Shown here in pieces: positions 9,269-19,724 of a DNA stretch of 64,000 nucleotides. The DNA lies in the NCBI GenBank assembly GCA_034520945.1, contig JAXHNB010000005.1:672001-736000 (forward strand), in the 5' to 3' direction. The notes under the pieces were generated by a model. That model was given only the letters and a program-made list of their open reading frames with translations. It ran no database searches and was not told the DNA's origin. The stretch's first letter is position 1. Each line of letters opens with the position of its first letter. The position numbers and the translations under genes are program-made. This stretch comes from Trueperaceae bacterium (GTDB taxonomy: Bacteria > Deinococcota > Deinococci > Deinococcales > Trueperaceae).

Positions 9269-11092
9269 TCAGCGTCCCCGGGCGGCATGAAGCAGCGCCT
9301 CGCCCAAGGCGTACACCTCGCCGCGCGTCAACGGGCCCTCCTGCGGCACGCCGTCCGGCCATGCCCCCGCGGCCGCCAGGTCCGCCGGCGACGCGCCCCC
9401 TGGGCAGGTCGCCGCCGGCAGACGGCAGGCCGCCGCGCGCTGCACGTGCGCGACGTCACGCGCCTGCGCCGGCCCCGTGACCCCGCCGTAGGCGGCGACC
9501 AGGTCCCGCGCCAGGCCGCGTCGGTCCAGGAACCGCGTCGCGACGTTCGCCACCAGGTACAGGTGGCTGAGGGCCGGCACGGACTCGTCCAGGCGGGGCG
9601 CGTTGTCAAAGCCGCCCACCGCCAGCCCGCGCGACAGCATCGTGCGGTAGGCGCCGTAGTGCGCGTGTTCGTGCGGTCCCACCGGCGGGCGCGAGGCGGG
9701 CGCCGGCAGGTACGCGCCGCGCGCCCGCAGGCGCGCCCGCACCTCGCCGACGAAGGCGGCGTCGCCTGCCAGCTCGGCGGCGGGGCGCCCCGTGGCGCCG
9801 GCCAGCGCGGCGGCCACGCCGACCCCTTCCGCCACCGCCATCCCTTGCGGCACCACGCGCGCGCTGGCGTGCGCGATGGGGTCGTAGCCCGCGCTCCGCC
9901 CCACCACCCAGAGGGCGTCCGGCCCCTCGGAAGGGACGGCGACGCAGGCGGGCACGCCGTACATCACGGGCGTGCCGAACACGTAGCCGTCGTCCTGCCG
10001 CGTGAGCGCCTGCACGTCCAGGGGGTAGCCGCCGACCGCGAGGTCCAGCGGCCCCATCACGTTGTCCAGCACGTGGTCCGCGTCCAGCACGCAGGCAGCC
10101 TCGAGGTGCCGCGTCTCGCGCACGTACAGCCGGTCGGCGACGCCGGCCAGGCGGGCGTCCTCGAAGCCGGGCAGGCGCTCCGCCAACCACCCCACGGCGC
10201 GTTCGGCCTCGGCCTCCGCGCGCGCCCGGGCGTCGCGCCGCGCCTCGGGGTCGAAGGGGTCGACGCCGTGGATCAGCAGCGCGTTGGCCCACACGCCGCC
10301 GGCGTCGTCCCGTCCCAGGTTGAGGCCGCGCAGGCGCACGTCCGGGTCCTGCGCCGGGTAGGCCGCGGGCACGCCCCCGAAGTGGCCCCAGGCGACCCGG
10401 TCGTCCACGCTGGCCCACGACCGGCCGCGCTGCTCGGCGGCACGCCGCAGGGCGGACCAGTCGATCCCCTCCATGCGAAACATCAACGTGTCGGCCATGC
10501 GGAGGTCCACGTGGAACGACCGCCATCCGACGCTGGCGGCCGCCCCGGCGGCGTGGGCGTAGCGCATGTCGGCATGACCGTCGACGATCTGCGCGGCCCG
10601 CAGCTTGCCCCCGCGCCACGTCACGCCCCGCGCGACGCCGTCCGAGGCGGTGATGCGCAGCGCCCGCAGGCCGGTTCGCACCTCCACCCCGGCGGCCGCC
10701 AGCATGGCCTCGAACGCCCGTTCCGCCCGAACCGGGTCGAACGCCCCCTCCCCGCCCACGCGCGCCCACCAGCGCGCGAAGATGCCCTCCTGGTAGTTGC
10801 GGGGCGAGGTGCGCACGTCCAACACGTTCATGGCGCCCAGCACGAACAGGCCGCCGAGGCGATCATTCTCCGTTGCCAACACGGTACGCGCTCCCGTCTC
10901 GGCCGCCGCGATCGCCGCGGCGATCGCCTCGGGCTCCGCGCCCAGGACCAGCACGTCGGCCCGCGTGGCCGTCGGCGCGGCCGATTGCGCCGTCGCGTCC
11001 GCGAGCGCGCCCCAGGCGACCGCGCAGACGACGGCCAAGAGGAGCGCCCGCGCGCCCCGACCGACGACGCGGGTTGGGGCGGCGCCCCTCAC
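9269..11092 (-). CDS. Secreted FAD-dependent oxidoreductase family protein
   Basis: Signal peptide, DVLVLGAEPEAIAAAIAAA, LYVRETRH, GYPLDVQ, VVGRSAG; GTG start overlaps the upstream stop (GTGA). Confidence 0.75.
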   Translation of the reverse strand: MRGAAPTRVVGRGARALLLAVVCAVAWGALADATAQSAAPTATRADVLVLGAEPEAIAAAIAAAETGARTVLATENDRLGGLFVLGAMNVLDVRTSPRNYQEGIFARWWARVGGEGAFDPVRAERAFEAMLAAAGVEVRTGLRALRITASDGVARGVTWRGGKLRAAQIVDGHADMRYAHAAGAAASVGWRSFHVDLRMADTLMFRMEGIDWSALRRAAEQRGRSWASVDDRVAWGHFGGVPAAYPAQDPDVRLRGLNLGRDDAGGVWANALLIHGVDPFDPEARRDARARAEAEAERAVGWLAERLPGFEDARLAGVADRLYVRETRHLEAACVLDADHVLDNVMGPLDLAVGGYPLDVQALTRQDDGYVFGTPVMYGVPACVAVPSEGPDALWVVGRSAGYDPIAHASARVVPQGMAVAEGVGVAAALAGATGRPAAELAGDAAFVGEVRARLRARGAYLPAPASRPPVGPHEHAHYGAYRTMLSRGLAVGGFDNAPRLDESVPALSHLYLVANVATRFLDRRGLARDLVAAYGGVTGPAQARDVAHVQRAAACRLPAATCPGGASPADLAAAGAWPDGVPQEGPLTRGEVYALGEALLHAARGR

Positions 11093-11610
11093 GCGTCCCC
11101 CAGCATGGCCAGGCAACCGCGCGCCACCTCGGTCGCCACGAAGTACCGCTCGATGCTGGGCTGCAGCCACAGCGCGTGCGCGGCGAAGTCGGTCACCACC
11201 ACCGCCTGCGGGGGCGCCTTCGGGTGACGCAGCGTCGACACGATCTCGGGCGGCAGGAAGTGCGTGTGCACCAACAGATCGGGGGCGTACGCGCGCAGGA
11301 CGCGGGGGAGGTGGTACGACACCAGCCGCGTCAGCTGCGCCCGCAGTCGGCGGATGCGGGTGCGCTGTTCGCTGGGGGCGCGGTCCAGGCGCTTGCCGAG
11401 CCAATCGATCAGGTCGGGCACGGCGCGGACCCGCTCGAAGTAGGTGCGGCGGTAGAGGTGCCGGAACGGGGCGGAGGTGTAGTCCAGCAGGTCCACGTGC
11501 AGGCATGGGTCGCCCCGTTCGCCGAAGGCGGCCTCGAGGGCGTTGCCAGCAGCGACGTGCCCGCCTCCGATCGAGGCGGACAGGATCAGCACCCGGGGAC
11601 GTGACGCCAC
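11089..11610 (-). CDS. UgtP/MGDG synthase-like glycosyltransferase, N-terminal domain only (173 aa; truncated or split)
   Basis: ILSASIGGGH, PDLLVHTHFLP, VVTDFAAHALW, YFVA motifs; ends before the GT28 C-terminal domain. Confidence 0.75.
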   Translation of the reverse strand: MASRPRVLILSASIGGGHVAAGNALEAAFGERGDPCLHVDLLDYTSAPFRHLYRRTYFERVRAVPDLIDWLGKRLDRAPSEQRTRIRRLRAQLTRLVSYHLPRVLRAYAPDLLVHTHFLPPEIVSTLRHPKAPPQAVVVTDFAAHALWLQPSIERYFVATEVARGCLAMLGDA

Positions 11611-11673
11611 GACGCGAAGTGTAGCAGGGTCGTCCCTCATCCCCGCTCACGGGCCGGTGATATCGTCCGAAGC

Positions 11674-12855
11674 GTGATTCACGCGCCTCGCAACTTCATG
11701 GTCGCGACCGTCGTCCTGCTTGCCGTGCTCATCGCTTGCGCGCCCGTAGGCACGCGCGAACTGCACGAGGTGGTCGTTGCGGACCCAGGCGGGGTGACGC
11801 GCATCGGCTACGCCTACGGCAGCGCTGAGGAGCTTCCGCTGCGCGACGCCGAGCACGAGCTCGGCGCCAGCGTCGCAGACGCGGCGGAGGATCGGCCCTG
11901 GGCCGTGGCGAGTGCCCGCCTGGTGGACGGCGAGCCGTTCCTGCGTACCTCGTACGACCGAGAGCTCGCCCCGCCGTTGCAGGTGGCGCGCATCCCCCTC
12001 ACGACCGACCTTCGCGTGCGGACGCACCAGGAGCTGTCGCGCGCGTACTACTTCGACGGCGAGCGGTGGTTCTCGCTGGGCCGCGATCTTCCAGCGGGGC
12101 GCACGCTCACGGTGGCGCCGCGTGCCGCGCCGGGCGCGCTTCGCGGCGCCGGCGACCTGACGCCGGCGGAGGCCGACGCCATGGCGGCGGCCGTCGGCGC
12201 GGAGGGCCGGCCGGCGGCGGTCGGGTTCCTGGCCGACCCCTTCCAGCGCCCGACGGCCGATGGCGCGGGCGAAGGCGGCGACGGTGACGATGCCGGCGCG
12301 GACGACGCGGACGATCCCGTTTTGGCGCCGCGCCCGGCCGACGGACTGGACGAATACCGCTTCACGACCGTGTGGGTGCAGAAGGGGGTGGAGGTCGACG
12401 CCTCGGCGTACACCCCGCCGCCCCGGACGACGGTGCACGAGGTCGTGGCGCGTGGCGACCAGGGCAACGACCCCGGCCGCGACCGCTTCGTGCTGATTCG
12501 TAGCGAGGAACGGCTCCGGTCGTTCTGGAGCGAAGTGCATGCACGCGTGCTCACGCCGCCGGCGCTGCCGGAGGCACGGTTCGGTCGCGAGGCGCTGCTG
12601 GGGGTCCGGCTGGCGCAGCGCCCCAGTGGCGGCCACGGCATCGACATCGAGCGGGTCGAGCGGGACGGGGAAGAGTTGTACGTGGACCTGCGCTTGACCG
12701 AGCCGGCGGAGGACGAGCTGGCGACCACGGTGGTCACCACCCCGTGGGTGCTGGTGCGCGTGCTCGGCGGGGACGCCCGGGTCGCCTGGTTCCGGGACGC
12801 GGCGGACGGCGCTTTGTTCGCCGTGGCGCGCGCCGAGCAGGGCGAGCGACGCTGA
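11674..12855 (+). CDS. Lipoprotein with C-terminal PrcB-like domain
   Basis: Lipobox LIAC; C-terminal LAQRPSGGHGIDIE...VVTTPWVLVRV resembles PrcB_C; TATCGT 7 nt before the GTG. Confidence 0.6.
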   Translation: MIHAPRNFMVATVVLLAVLIACAPVGTRELHEVVVADPGGVTRIGYAYGSAEELPLRDAEHELGASVADAAEDRPWAVASARLVDGEPFLRTSYDRELAPPLQVARIPLTTDLRVRTHQELSRAYYFDGERWFSLGRDLPAGRTLTVAPRAAPGALRGAGDLTPAEADAMAAAVGAEGRPAAVGFLADPFQRPTADGAGEGGDGDDAGADDADDPVLAPRPADGLDEYRFTTVWVQKGVEVDASAYTPPPRTTVHEVVARGDQGNDPGRDRFVLIRSEERLRSFWSEVHARVLTPPALPEARFGREALLGVRLAQRPSGGHGIDIERVERDGEELYVDLRLTEPAEDELATTVVTTPWVLVRVLGGDARVAWFRDAADGALFAVARAEQGERR

Positions 12856-12898
12856 CGGCGAGTGGCGCGCCCGACGCACCCGCCGGCGCGGTTTGCCC

Positions 12899-14047
12899 TC
12901 AGGTCAGGCTGCTGGGGTCGAACAATCGGCGGTACTCGTCCCCCGCGAAGCGGTCGGTGAACCCCGCCAGGTAGTCGGTCACGGCGCGCACCAGCCCGCG
13001 CGCCTCGGCGGCGGCCTGCCACGACGCCGGTAGCATCTCCGGCGTCCGCAGGTAGGCCGCGAAGATCTCGCTCAGGATCCGGTCGGCCTTGCGGTTCATG
13101 CGGATCTGCCGGTGGTGCCGGTACAGGTTGGCGTAGAGGTAGCGCTTGAGCTCCGCCTGGTCGCGCGCCATGTCGCCCGAGGCGCGCGCCAGCGTGACGC
13201 CGGCGGCGCGCACGTCGGCGGCGGTCCCCACCTTCGCGTCCGCCAGCGCGGCGTCGGTCGCGTGCACCACGTCATGAATGCTGCGCCCCAGGAGCTCCCG
13301 GTTCAACAGGTAGCGCTCCCGCTCGGCGGCGCGGTTCGGATCGATGTCGAGCTCGTCCATCAGCCGTGCGATCCACGAGACCTGGGCGATGCCTGGCAGC
13401 GACAGCAGGCCGGCCCGGAGCCCGTCGTCCAGGTCGTGCGCGTTGTAGGTCATCTCGTCGGCCAGGTTGACGACCTGGGCCTCCAGGCTGGGTTTCTTGT
13501 CCGGCTCCCAGTCCGTGTCCGGGAGGTCGTACTCGCTCTCGTGCTTCATGATCCCCTCGAGCGTCTCCCAGGCGAGGTTCAGGCCCTCGAAGGCGTCGTA
13601 GCGCCGCTCCAGTCGGGTCACGATCCGCAGGCTCTGCTTGTTGTGGTCGAACCCGCCGGCCTCCTGCGCCAGGCGGTCCAGCGTTCGCTCGCCGGCATGG
13701 CCGAAGGGAGGGTGCCCCAGGTCGTGCGCCAGGGCGATCGTCTCGGCCAGGTCCTCGTTCAGGCCCAGCGCCCGGCACACCGCCTTCGCGACCTGCGCCA
13801 CCTCGAGGGTGTGCGTCAGGCGCGTCCGGTAATGGTCGCCCTGGTAGTTCACGAACACCTGCGTCTTGTACTCCAACCGCCGGAAGGCCGTGGTGTGGAT
13901 CACGCGATCCCGGTCCTTCTGGAACGCGGTGCGGTACGCGCTTTCGGATTCATCGTGCACGCGGCCCCGCGAGTCGGCTGCGAGGCAGGCGTAGGGCGCG
14001 AGGACGTCGCGTTCGCGGGATTCGAGTCGTGCGCGCGGGAACAACAT
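12899..14047 (-). CDS. dgt: Deoxyguanosinetriphosphate triphosphohydrolase (HD domain)
   Basis: FQKDRDR, FRRLEYKTQV, RTRLTHT, AHDLGHPPFGHAGE. Confidence 0.92.
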   Translation of the reverse strand: MLFPRARLESRERDVLAPYACLAADSRGRVHDESESAYRTAFQKDRDRVIHTTAFRRLEYKTQVFVNYQGDHYRTRLTHTLEVAQVAKAVCRALGLNEDLAETIALAHDLGHPPFGHAGERTLDRLAQEAGGFDHNKQSLRIVTRLERRYDAFEGLNLAWETLEGIMKHESEYDLPDTDWEPDKKPSLEAQVVNLADEMTYNAHDLDDGLRAGLLSLPGIAQVSWIARLMDELDIDPNRAAERERYLLNRELLGRSIHDVVHATDAALADAKVGTAADVRAAGVTLARASGDMARDQAELKRYLYANLYRHHRQIRMNRKADRILSEIFAAYLRTPEMLPASWQAAAEARGLVRAVTDYLAGFTDRFAGDEYRRLFDPSSLT

Positions 14048-14124
14048 GGTGCGGCGAGCCTACCGCGGGGGTGCTAGCATGCGCCGCGCCGCCCCGACCG
14101 GGGCGCGGCGCGAGGAGGAGCGCG

Positions 14125-14943
14125 GTGAGCGAACTGACGTCGATGCTGGACCTGGCGACCGACCTGGCCGTTCGGGCCGGCCGCCTGACGCTGGGGCATT
14201 TCCGGGTCGGCACGCGGCCCGAGATGAAGCCCGACGACACGCCCGTTACCGCGGCGGACCGTGAGGCCGAGACGCTGATCCGGCACGAGATCGAGCGGCG
14301 GCATCCAGGGCACGCCGTGGCCGGCGAGGAGTTCGGCCGCACCGAGGGCACCGAGGCGTGGCGCTGGTGGATCGACCCGATCGACGGCACCAAGGCGTTC
14401 GTGCGGGGCGTGCCGCTGTACGGCGTGCTGATCGGGATCGAGCGCGACGGTGAAATGGTCGCCGGCGTCGCCGAGTTCCCGGCGCTGGGGGAGACCCTCG
14501 CCGCCGCGCGCGGCGAGGGGTGCCGGCTGAACGGCCGGCGCTGTCACGTCTCTGGCGTGGACGACCTGCGGCGGGCCGTCGTCAGCACCACCGACGCCGG
14601 GACGTTCGCGTCGCTGGGCAAGGAGGCGGCCTGGCGCCGGGTGATGGACGCCACCTGGGTGCGGGCCGGATGGGGCGACGCGTACGGGCACGCCCTGGTC
14701 GCCAGCGGCCGCATCGAGGCGATGCTGGATCCCGCCATGCACCCGTGGGACGCGGGTCCGTTGCCGGTGCTGCTGGCCGAGGCGGGCGGGTCGTACGGGG
14801 ACTGGCAGGGGCGTGACACCATCCACGGCGAGGACGGCGTCAGCGTCAACGCGGCGCTGCGGCGCGACGTGTTGAACCTGCTGGCCGGCGGTGGCGTGCA
14901 GGTCACGGACGTAGGGGGCGGCGCGGGTACACTTTTCAAGTGA
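14125..14943 (+). CDS. hisN: Inositol monophosphatase family protein, histidinol-phosphatase HisN-like
   Basis: [41 protein letters not shown] before GTG. Confidence 0.75.
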   Translation: MSELTSMLDLATDLAVRAGRLTLGHFRVGTRPEMKPDDTPVTAADREAETLIRHEIERRHPGHAVAGEEFGRTEGTEAWRWWIDPIDGTKAFVRGVPLYGVLIGIERDGEMVAGVAEFPALGETLAAARGEGCRLNGRRCHVSGVDDLRRAVVSTTDAGTFASLGKEAAWRRVMDATWVRAGWGDAYGHALVASGRIEAMLDPAMHPWDAGPLPVLLAEAGGSYGDWQGRDTIHGEDGVSVNAALRRDVLNLLAGGGVQVTDVGGGAGTLFK

Positions 14944-16166
14944 CCGCCTTTCCGCGCCGCCAGACCGTCACCGTGTGGGTCGGATCCGTGCCGATCGGCT
15001 CGCGGCACGAGGTCGTGGTGCAGTCGATGACCAACACCGACACGTCCGACGTGCAGGGAACGGCCCGGCAGGTGGCGGCCCTGCACCGGGCTGGCAGCGA
15101 GCTGGTGCGGATCACCGTCAACGACGAGCGCGCCGCGCGGGCCGTGCCCGAGATCGCGGAGGTCCTGCGGCAGCACGGCCTGGACGTGCCGTTGGTGGGG
15201 GACTTCCACTACAACGGCCATCAGCTGCTGACGCGCGTGCCGGAGGCCGCCGCCGCGCTGGACAAGTACCGCATCAACCCGGGCAACGTCGGGGTCGGCG
15301 CGCGCCACGACGACAACTTCCGGCGCATCGTGGAGGTCGCGATCGCGCACGGCAAGCCGGTGCGGATCGGCGTGAACTGGGGCAGCCTGGATCAGGACCT
15401 GCTGACGCGCCTGATGGACGAGAACGCTCGCAGCGACGCGCCAGCAGACGCGCACGAGGTGACGCTGCGGGCCATGGTCCGCTCCGCGCTCGGCTCGGCC
15501 GAACGGGCGGAGGAGATCGGCCTGCCCCATGACGCCATCGTGCTGTCCGCCAAGGTGAGTCGCGCCCGTGACCTGTGGGAGGTGTCCCGGCGCTTGGCGG
15601 CCGCCTGCGACTACCCGCTGCACCTCGGCCTGACGGAGGCCGGCATGGGCGCGAAGGGCGCCGTATCGTCCACCGCGGGCCTGGCCCCCCTGCTGGCCGA
15701 GGGGATCGGGGACACCATCCGCGTGTCGTTGACGCCCGACCCCGGCGCCCCGCGCGAACGCGAGGTCGAGATCGCGCAGGAGATCCTGGGCACGCTGGGG
15801 ATCCGTCGCTTCGCCCCCTCCGTCAGCGCCTGCCCCGGCTGCGGCCGCACCACCAGCACGCTGTTCCAGGAGATGGCGCGCGACATCGACGCCTACCTCA
15901 AGGCGCAGATGCCCATGTGGCGCGAGCGCTACCCCGGGGTGGAGAACATGAACGTCGCCGTGATGGGCTGCGTCGTGAACGGCCCGGGCGAGTCCAAGCA
16001 CGCCGACATCGGCATCAGCCTGCCGGGCACCGGCGAGCATCCCCGCGCGCCGGTGTACCGCGACGGCCAGCTGGTAGGCACCCTGCAGGGCGACGGTCCG
16101 ACCATCGCCGCCGAGTTCAACCGCATGGTCGAGCGCTACGTGAATGATCGCTACGCCCCCGACTGA
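14940..16166 (+). CDS. ispG: (E)-4-hydroxy-3-methylbut-2-enyl-diphosphate synthase
   Basis: [46 protein letters not shown]. Confidence 0.95.
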   Translation: MTAFPRRQTVTVWVGSVPIGSRHEVVVQSMTNTDTSDVQGTARQVAALHRAGSELVRITVNDERAARAVPEIAEVLRQHGLDVPLVGDFHYNGHQLLTRVPEAAAALDKYRINPGNVGVGARHDDNFRRIVEVAIAHGKPVRIGVNWGSLDQDLLTRLMDENARSDAPADAHEVTLRAMVRSALGSAERAEEIGLPHDAIVLSAKVSRARDLWEVSRRLAAACDYPLHLGLTEAGMGAKGAVSSTAGLAPLLAEGIGDTIRVSLTPDPGAPREREVEIAQEILGTLGIRRFAPSVSACPGCGRTTSTLFQEMARDIDAYLKAQMPMWRERYPGVENMNVAVMGCVVNGPGESKHADIGISLPGTGEHPRAPVYRDGQLVGTLQGDGPTIAAEFNRMVERYVNDRYAPD

Positions 16167-16173
16167 GCGTGCG

Positions 16174-17262
16174 TCACCCTTCCGACCCCGCCGTGCGGGG
16201 GGTGCCCTGCAGGCCGTGCACGTGCAGGGTCTGCGTCGGGAACGCGAACTCGATGCCGCGCTCCGTGAAGGCCCGGACCAACGCCAGGTTGATGGTCTGC
16301 TGCGTGTCCATGAACGCGGTGTAGTCCGGGTCCAACATCCAGTACACCACCTCGAAGTCCAGCGAGGAGGGGCCGAACCCCTTGAGATGGGCGCGATCGA
16401 AGCGCACCGACGCCTGCTGCTCCACGATGTCGCGAACCACGCCGGGAATCTCGGCCAGAACGTCGTGCGGCGTGTCGTAGACCACGCCCAGCGAGAACAC
16501 CACGCGGCGTTCCTGCATGCGCTTGTAGTTCCGTATCCGGCTGGTCAGCAGGTCGTTGTTGGCGAACACCAGCTGCTCGCCCGACAGGCTTCGCACGCGG
16601 GTGGTGCGCAGGCCCACGTTCTCGACCGTGCCGGCCAGGTCGTCCACCACGATGAAGTCGTCGATCTCGAACGGCTTGTCCAGCACGATCGATAGGCTGG
16701 CGAACAGGTCGGACAGGATGTTCTGCAGCGCCAAGCCGATGGCGACGGCGCCGATGCCGACCCCGGCCAGCAGGGCGGTGATGTCGATCCCCAGGTTGTC
16801 CAGCGCCAACAGGATCAGGACCGAGAACAGCGTCAGCCGCCCCAGGAAGGTCAGCGCCGCCAGCGTGGTGCGCCGCGCCCCGTCCACCCCGTCCTCCGTG
16901 CGGTAGTGACGCACGGCGACCTGGATCGAGCGGTTGCCCCACATGCCGCCCTGCAGGATCAGCAGCAGCGTGATGGCGGTGTCCAGCCAACCGCCGAGTC
17001 CGGAGGGGAGCTCCAGCAGCTGCGACCCCAGCCACAGGCCGAGCCCTGCCAACACCGGCGTCCACACGTTGGACACCAGGTCGGACAGCAGATCGTCGAC
17101 GATGTTGCGGGTCCGCCCCACCATGTGGCGCAGGCGCCGCCGCCCGAGCTCCCGTGCAGAGCGAAGCGCGACCGTCGCCACCAGGGCCACGAGCGCGAAC
17201 AGGATCCAGCGCAGGGCGGAGTTCCCGAACAGGGTGGTGTCGGTGAGCCAGCCGAGGTCCAT
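16174..17262 (-). CDS. Small-conductance mechanosensitive channel (MscS family)
   Basis: GIGAVAIGLALQNILSD, DKPF, GTVENVGLRTT, GIEFAFP. Confidence 0.9.
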   Translation of the reverse strand: MDLGWLTDTTLFGNSALRWILFALVALVATVALRSARELGRRRLRHMVGRTRNIVDDLLSDLVSNVWTPVLAGLGLWLGSQLLELPSGLGGWLDTAITLLLILQGGMWGNRSIQVAVRHYRTEDGVDGARRTTLAALTFLGRLTLFSVLILLALDNLGIDITALLAGVGIGAVAIGLALQNILSDLFASLSIVLDKPFEIDDFIVVDDLAGTVENVGLRTTRVRSLSGEQLVFANNDLLTSRIRNYKRMQERRVVFSLGVVYDTPHDVLAEIPGVVRDIVEQQASVRFDRAHLKGFGPSSLDFEVVYWMLDPDYTAFMDTQQTINLALVRAFTERGIEFAFPTQTLHVHGLQGTPRTAGSEG

Positions 17263-17327
17263 GGCGGGCACGATACCGGACGCCGTGCGCGGCGGTCGCG
17301 CCGTGCGCGGGGCGATATCCTTCAGTC

Positions 17328-17894
17328 ATGAAGATCTACACGCGGACCGGAGACGTCGGAGAAACCTCGCTGTTCGGGGGGGAGCGGACCCCCAAGCACG
17401 CCGCCCGTGTACGTGCCTACGGGACGGTGGACGAGGCCAACGCCCACCTCGGCATGGCACGCGCCCACGTGGACGACGTCGAGCTGGACGTACGCTTGGC
17501 CCGCCTTCAGAACGCGCTCTTCGACCTCGGTGCGGACCTAGCGACGCCGGAGGACAGTCCGCTACGCGCCCGCCTGGCGCTCCTGGACGCGGACGACGTG
17601 GCGGAGTTGGAGGCGTGGATCGATGAGGCGGAGGCCGACCTGGAACCCCTCCGACAGTTCATCCTGCCCGGCGGGCATCAGGGAAGCGCCGCGCTGCAGG
17701 TCGCGCGCGCCGTGGTGCGCCGCGCCGAGCGGGACGTCGCCCTGCTGGCGGAGGAGGCGACCCTCAACCCCCACGTGCTGGCCTACCTGAACCGTCTCTC
17801 GGACCTGCTGTTCGTGCTGGCGCGCGCCGTGAACGCGCGCCACGGCGTCAGCGAGTCCCGCTGGCGGGTAGCGAGCCGGTTGCGTCGCGCCTGA
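17328..17894 (+). CDS. PduO-type ATP:cob(I)alamin adenosyltransferase
   Basis: MKIYTRTGD, YGTVDEAN, FILPGG, RRAER, YLNRLSD. Confidence 0.93.
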   Translation: MKIYTRTGDVGETSLFGGERTPKHAARVRAYGTVDEANAHLGMARAHVDDVELDVRLARLQNALFDLGADLATPEDSPLRARLALLDADDVAELEAWIDEAEADLEPLRQFILPGGHQGSAALQVARAVVRRAERDVALLAEEATLNPHVLAYLNRLSDLLFVLARAVNARHGVSESRWRVASRLRRA

Positions 17895-19008
17895 GCGCGC
17901 CCACCGGACGTTCCGCGGACCGGAGCGACGCCAGGTCAGGCAGGCCGCGCGCCTCCAGCGCGGCCCCCAGGCCGCGCACGATGCGCCGCACCAGCCCGGG
18001 TCCCTCGTACACCATGCCGGTGTACACCTGCAGCAGGTCGGCGCCCGCCTCGAGGCGACGCACGGCCTCCTCGGGGCCGTCGATGCCGCCCACCGACACC
18101 ACCGGAAGCCGCGTCGCCGCCCGAACCACCCGCAGGGCGCTGCGCGCGCGGGGCGCGAGCGGCCGCCCCGACAGGCCGCCCGCCTCGCCGGGGTCGCGCC
18201 GCAGGCCGGCCCGCGCCACGGTGGTGTTCACGACGATCACGCCCGCGGCGCCGGCCGCCTCCACCCGCCTCGTCGCCTCCCGCAACGCCGCGTCGCTCAG
18301 GTCAGGGGCCAGCTTGACCAGGAGCGGCACGCCTTCCGCGGCGTGCGTCAGTGTCCGCACCAGGGCCTCGAGCCGCTCGCCGTCCTGCAACGCCCGCAGC
18401 TGCGGCGTGTTGGGGGAGGACACGTTGACGACCAGGTAGTCCGCGAACGACGCCAACGTCCGCAACGACGCCAGGTAGTCCTCCGTCGCCTCATCCAGCG
18501 CGGCCGCACGGCTCTTGCCCAGGTTGACGCCGATGGGCACCGCCGGCCACGCCCCCACCTGCCGCCAGGCACGGAGCCTGGCCGCCACCCCGGCAGCCCC
18601 TTCGCTGGCGAAGCCGATCCGGTTCACGATCGCGCGGTCGGCCGGCAGGCGGAACACGCGCGGGCGGGGGTTGCCCGGCTGGGGCTGGGCGGTGATCGTC
18701 CCCACCTCGACGTGCCCGAAGCCGAGCGCCGTCCAGGCCGGCAGGGCGGTGCCGTCCTTGTCCATTCCAGCGGCCAAACCGACGGGATGGGGGAAGGTTC
18801 GCCCCAGTGCGCGCACCTGCAGGCGCGGATCGAACACCGGCGCCGTGGCGGCCAGCGCCGCGCGGAGCGGCCCCACCCGCGACACGGCGTTCAGCGTCCC
18901 CAGCGCCAGTCCGTGGGCACGCTCGGGATCCAGTCGGAACAGCAGGGGGCGCAGCAGGCGGTACGGCGTCCACGCCGCATCGTCCGCCCCGCGCCCGGGC
19001 GTGCTCAA
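17848..19008 (-). CDS. pyrD: Dihydroorotate dehydrogenase (quinone, class 2)
   Basis: DPERAH, GLAAGMDK, GNPRPRVFRL, NVSSPNT, GGLSG; TTG start overlaps the SDR stop (TTGA). Confidence 0.92.
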   Translation of the reverse strand: MSTPGRGADDAAWTPYRLLRPLLFRLDPERAHGLALGTLNAVSRVGPLRAALAATAPVFDPRLQVRALGRTFPHPVGLAAGMDKDGTALPAWTALGFGHVEVGTITAQPQPGNPRPRVFRLPADRAIVNRIGFASEGAAGVAARLRAWRQVGAWPAVPIGVNLGKSRAAALDEATEDYLASLRTLASFADYLVVNVSSPNTPQLRALQDGERLEALVRTLTHAAEGVPLLVKLAPDLSDAALREATRRVEAAGAAGVIVVNTTVARAGLRRDPGEAGGLSGRPLAPRARSALRVVRAATRLPVVSVGGIDGPEEAVRRLEAGADLLQVYTGMVYEGPGLVRRIVRGLGAALEARGLPDLASLRSAERPVGALRRDATGSLPASGTR

Positions 19009-19724
19009 CGGGCGGACGGCGGCATGCTGGGACGGACCTCGATCTTGGACGGCAGCGTGCGGGCCGGCGTCTCGAGCAGGTGGCGCACCATGCCCCCCAG
19101 ATCCTCGGGCTGGATCTTCCAGGCGTCCTGGTCGCTCGGCGCGCTCCCCGAGAAGTGCGTCGCGACCGAGCCCGGCATGATCACGGTGCTGCGGATGCCG
19201 TACGTGCGGAGGTCCAGCATCACCGCTTGGGTGAAGCCCGTCACCGCGAACTTGCTGGCGTTGTAGGCGGCCCCGCCGGGGAAGAAGTTGGTGCCCGCCA
19301 ACGAGCCGATGGTGACGAAGTAGCCCTTCGACGCCTTCAACGCCTCCACGGCCGCCTTGATGCTGTAGTACACGCCGGTGACGTTGGTGTCGATGATGCG
19401 CTGCCAGTCGTCCGGCGCCAGCTCCTCGATGCTGGCGAAGTGCCCCACGCCCGCATTCGCGATCAGCGCGTCCAGGCGACCGAAGCGCTCGACCGTCGCG
19501 GCGACCGTGCCGCGCTGCTGCGCCAGGTCCCGGACGTCGCACACCAGGCCCAGCGCCCGTCCGCCGCCGCGGGCGACCAACGACGCCTCCGCGTCGCGCA
19601 CGTCCGACTCGGTGCGGGCGGTGATCGCCACGTCCATGCCGGCGTCGACCAGCGCCGCCGCCACGCCGTAGCCGATCCCCTTGCTGCCTCCAGTGACCAG
19701 TGCGGACTTTCCGTTTAGACTCAT
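19005..19724 (-). CDS. SDR family oxidoreductase
   Basis: TGGSKGIG, NAG, YNASK. Confidence 0.9.
   Translation of the reverse strand: MSLNGKSALVTGGSKGIGYGVAAALVDAGMDVAITARTESDVRDAEASLVARGGGRALGLVCDVRDLAQQRGTVAATVERFGRLDALIANAGVGHFASIEELAPDDWQRIIDTNVTGVYYSIKAAVEALKASKGYFVTIGSLAGTNFFPGGAAYNASKFAVTGFTQAVMLDLRTYGIRSTVIMPGSVATHFSGSAPSDQDAWKIQPEDLGGMVRHLLETPARTLPSKIEVRPSMPPSAR

Noticed and set aside
12899..14047. dGTPase as an anti-phage defence gene
   Set aside because: Ordinary housekeeping-type Dgt in a core context with no defence neighbours
17848..17894. 47-nt convergent overlap of pduO and pyrD
   Set aside because: Short tail overlaps are common in GC-rich genomes
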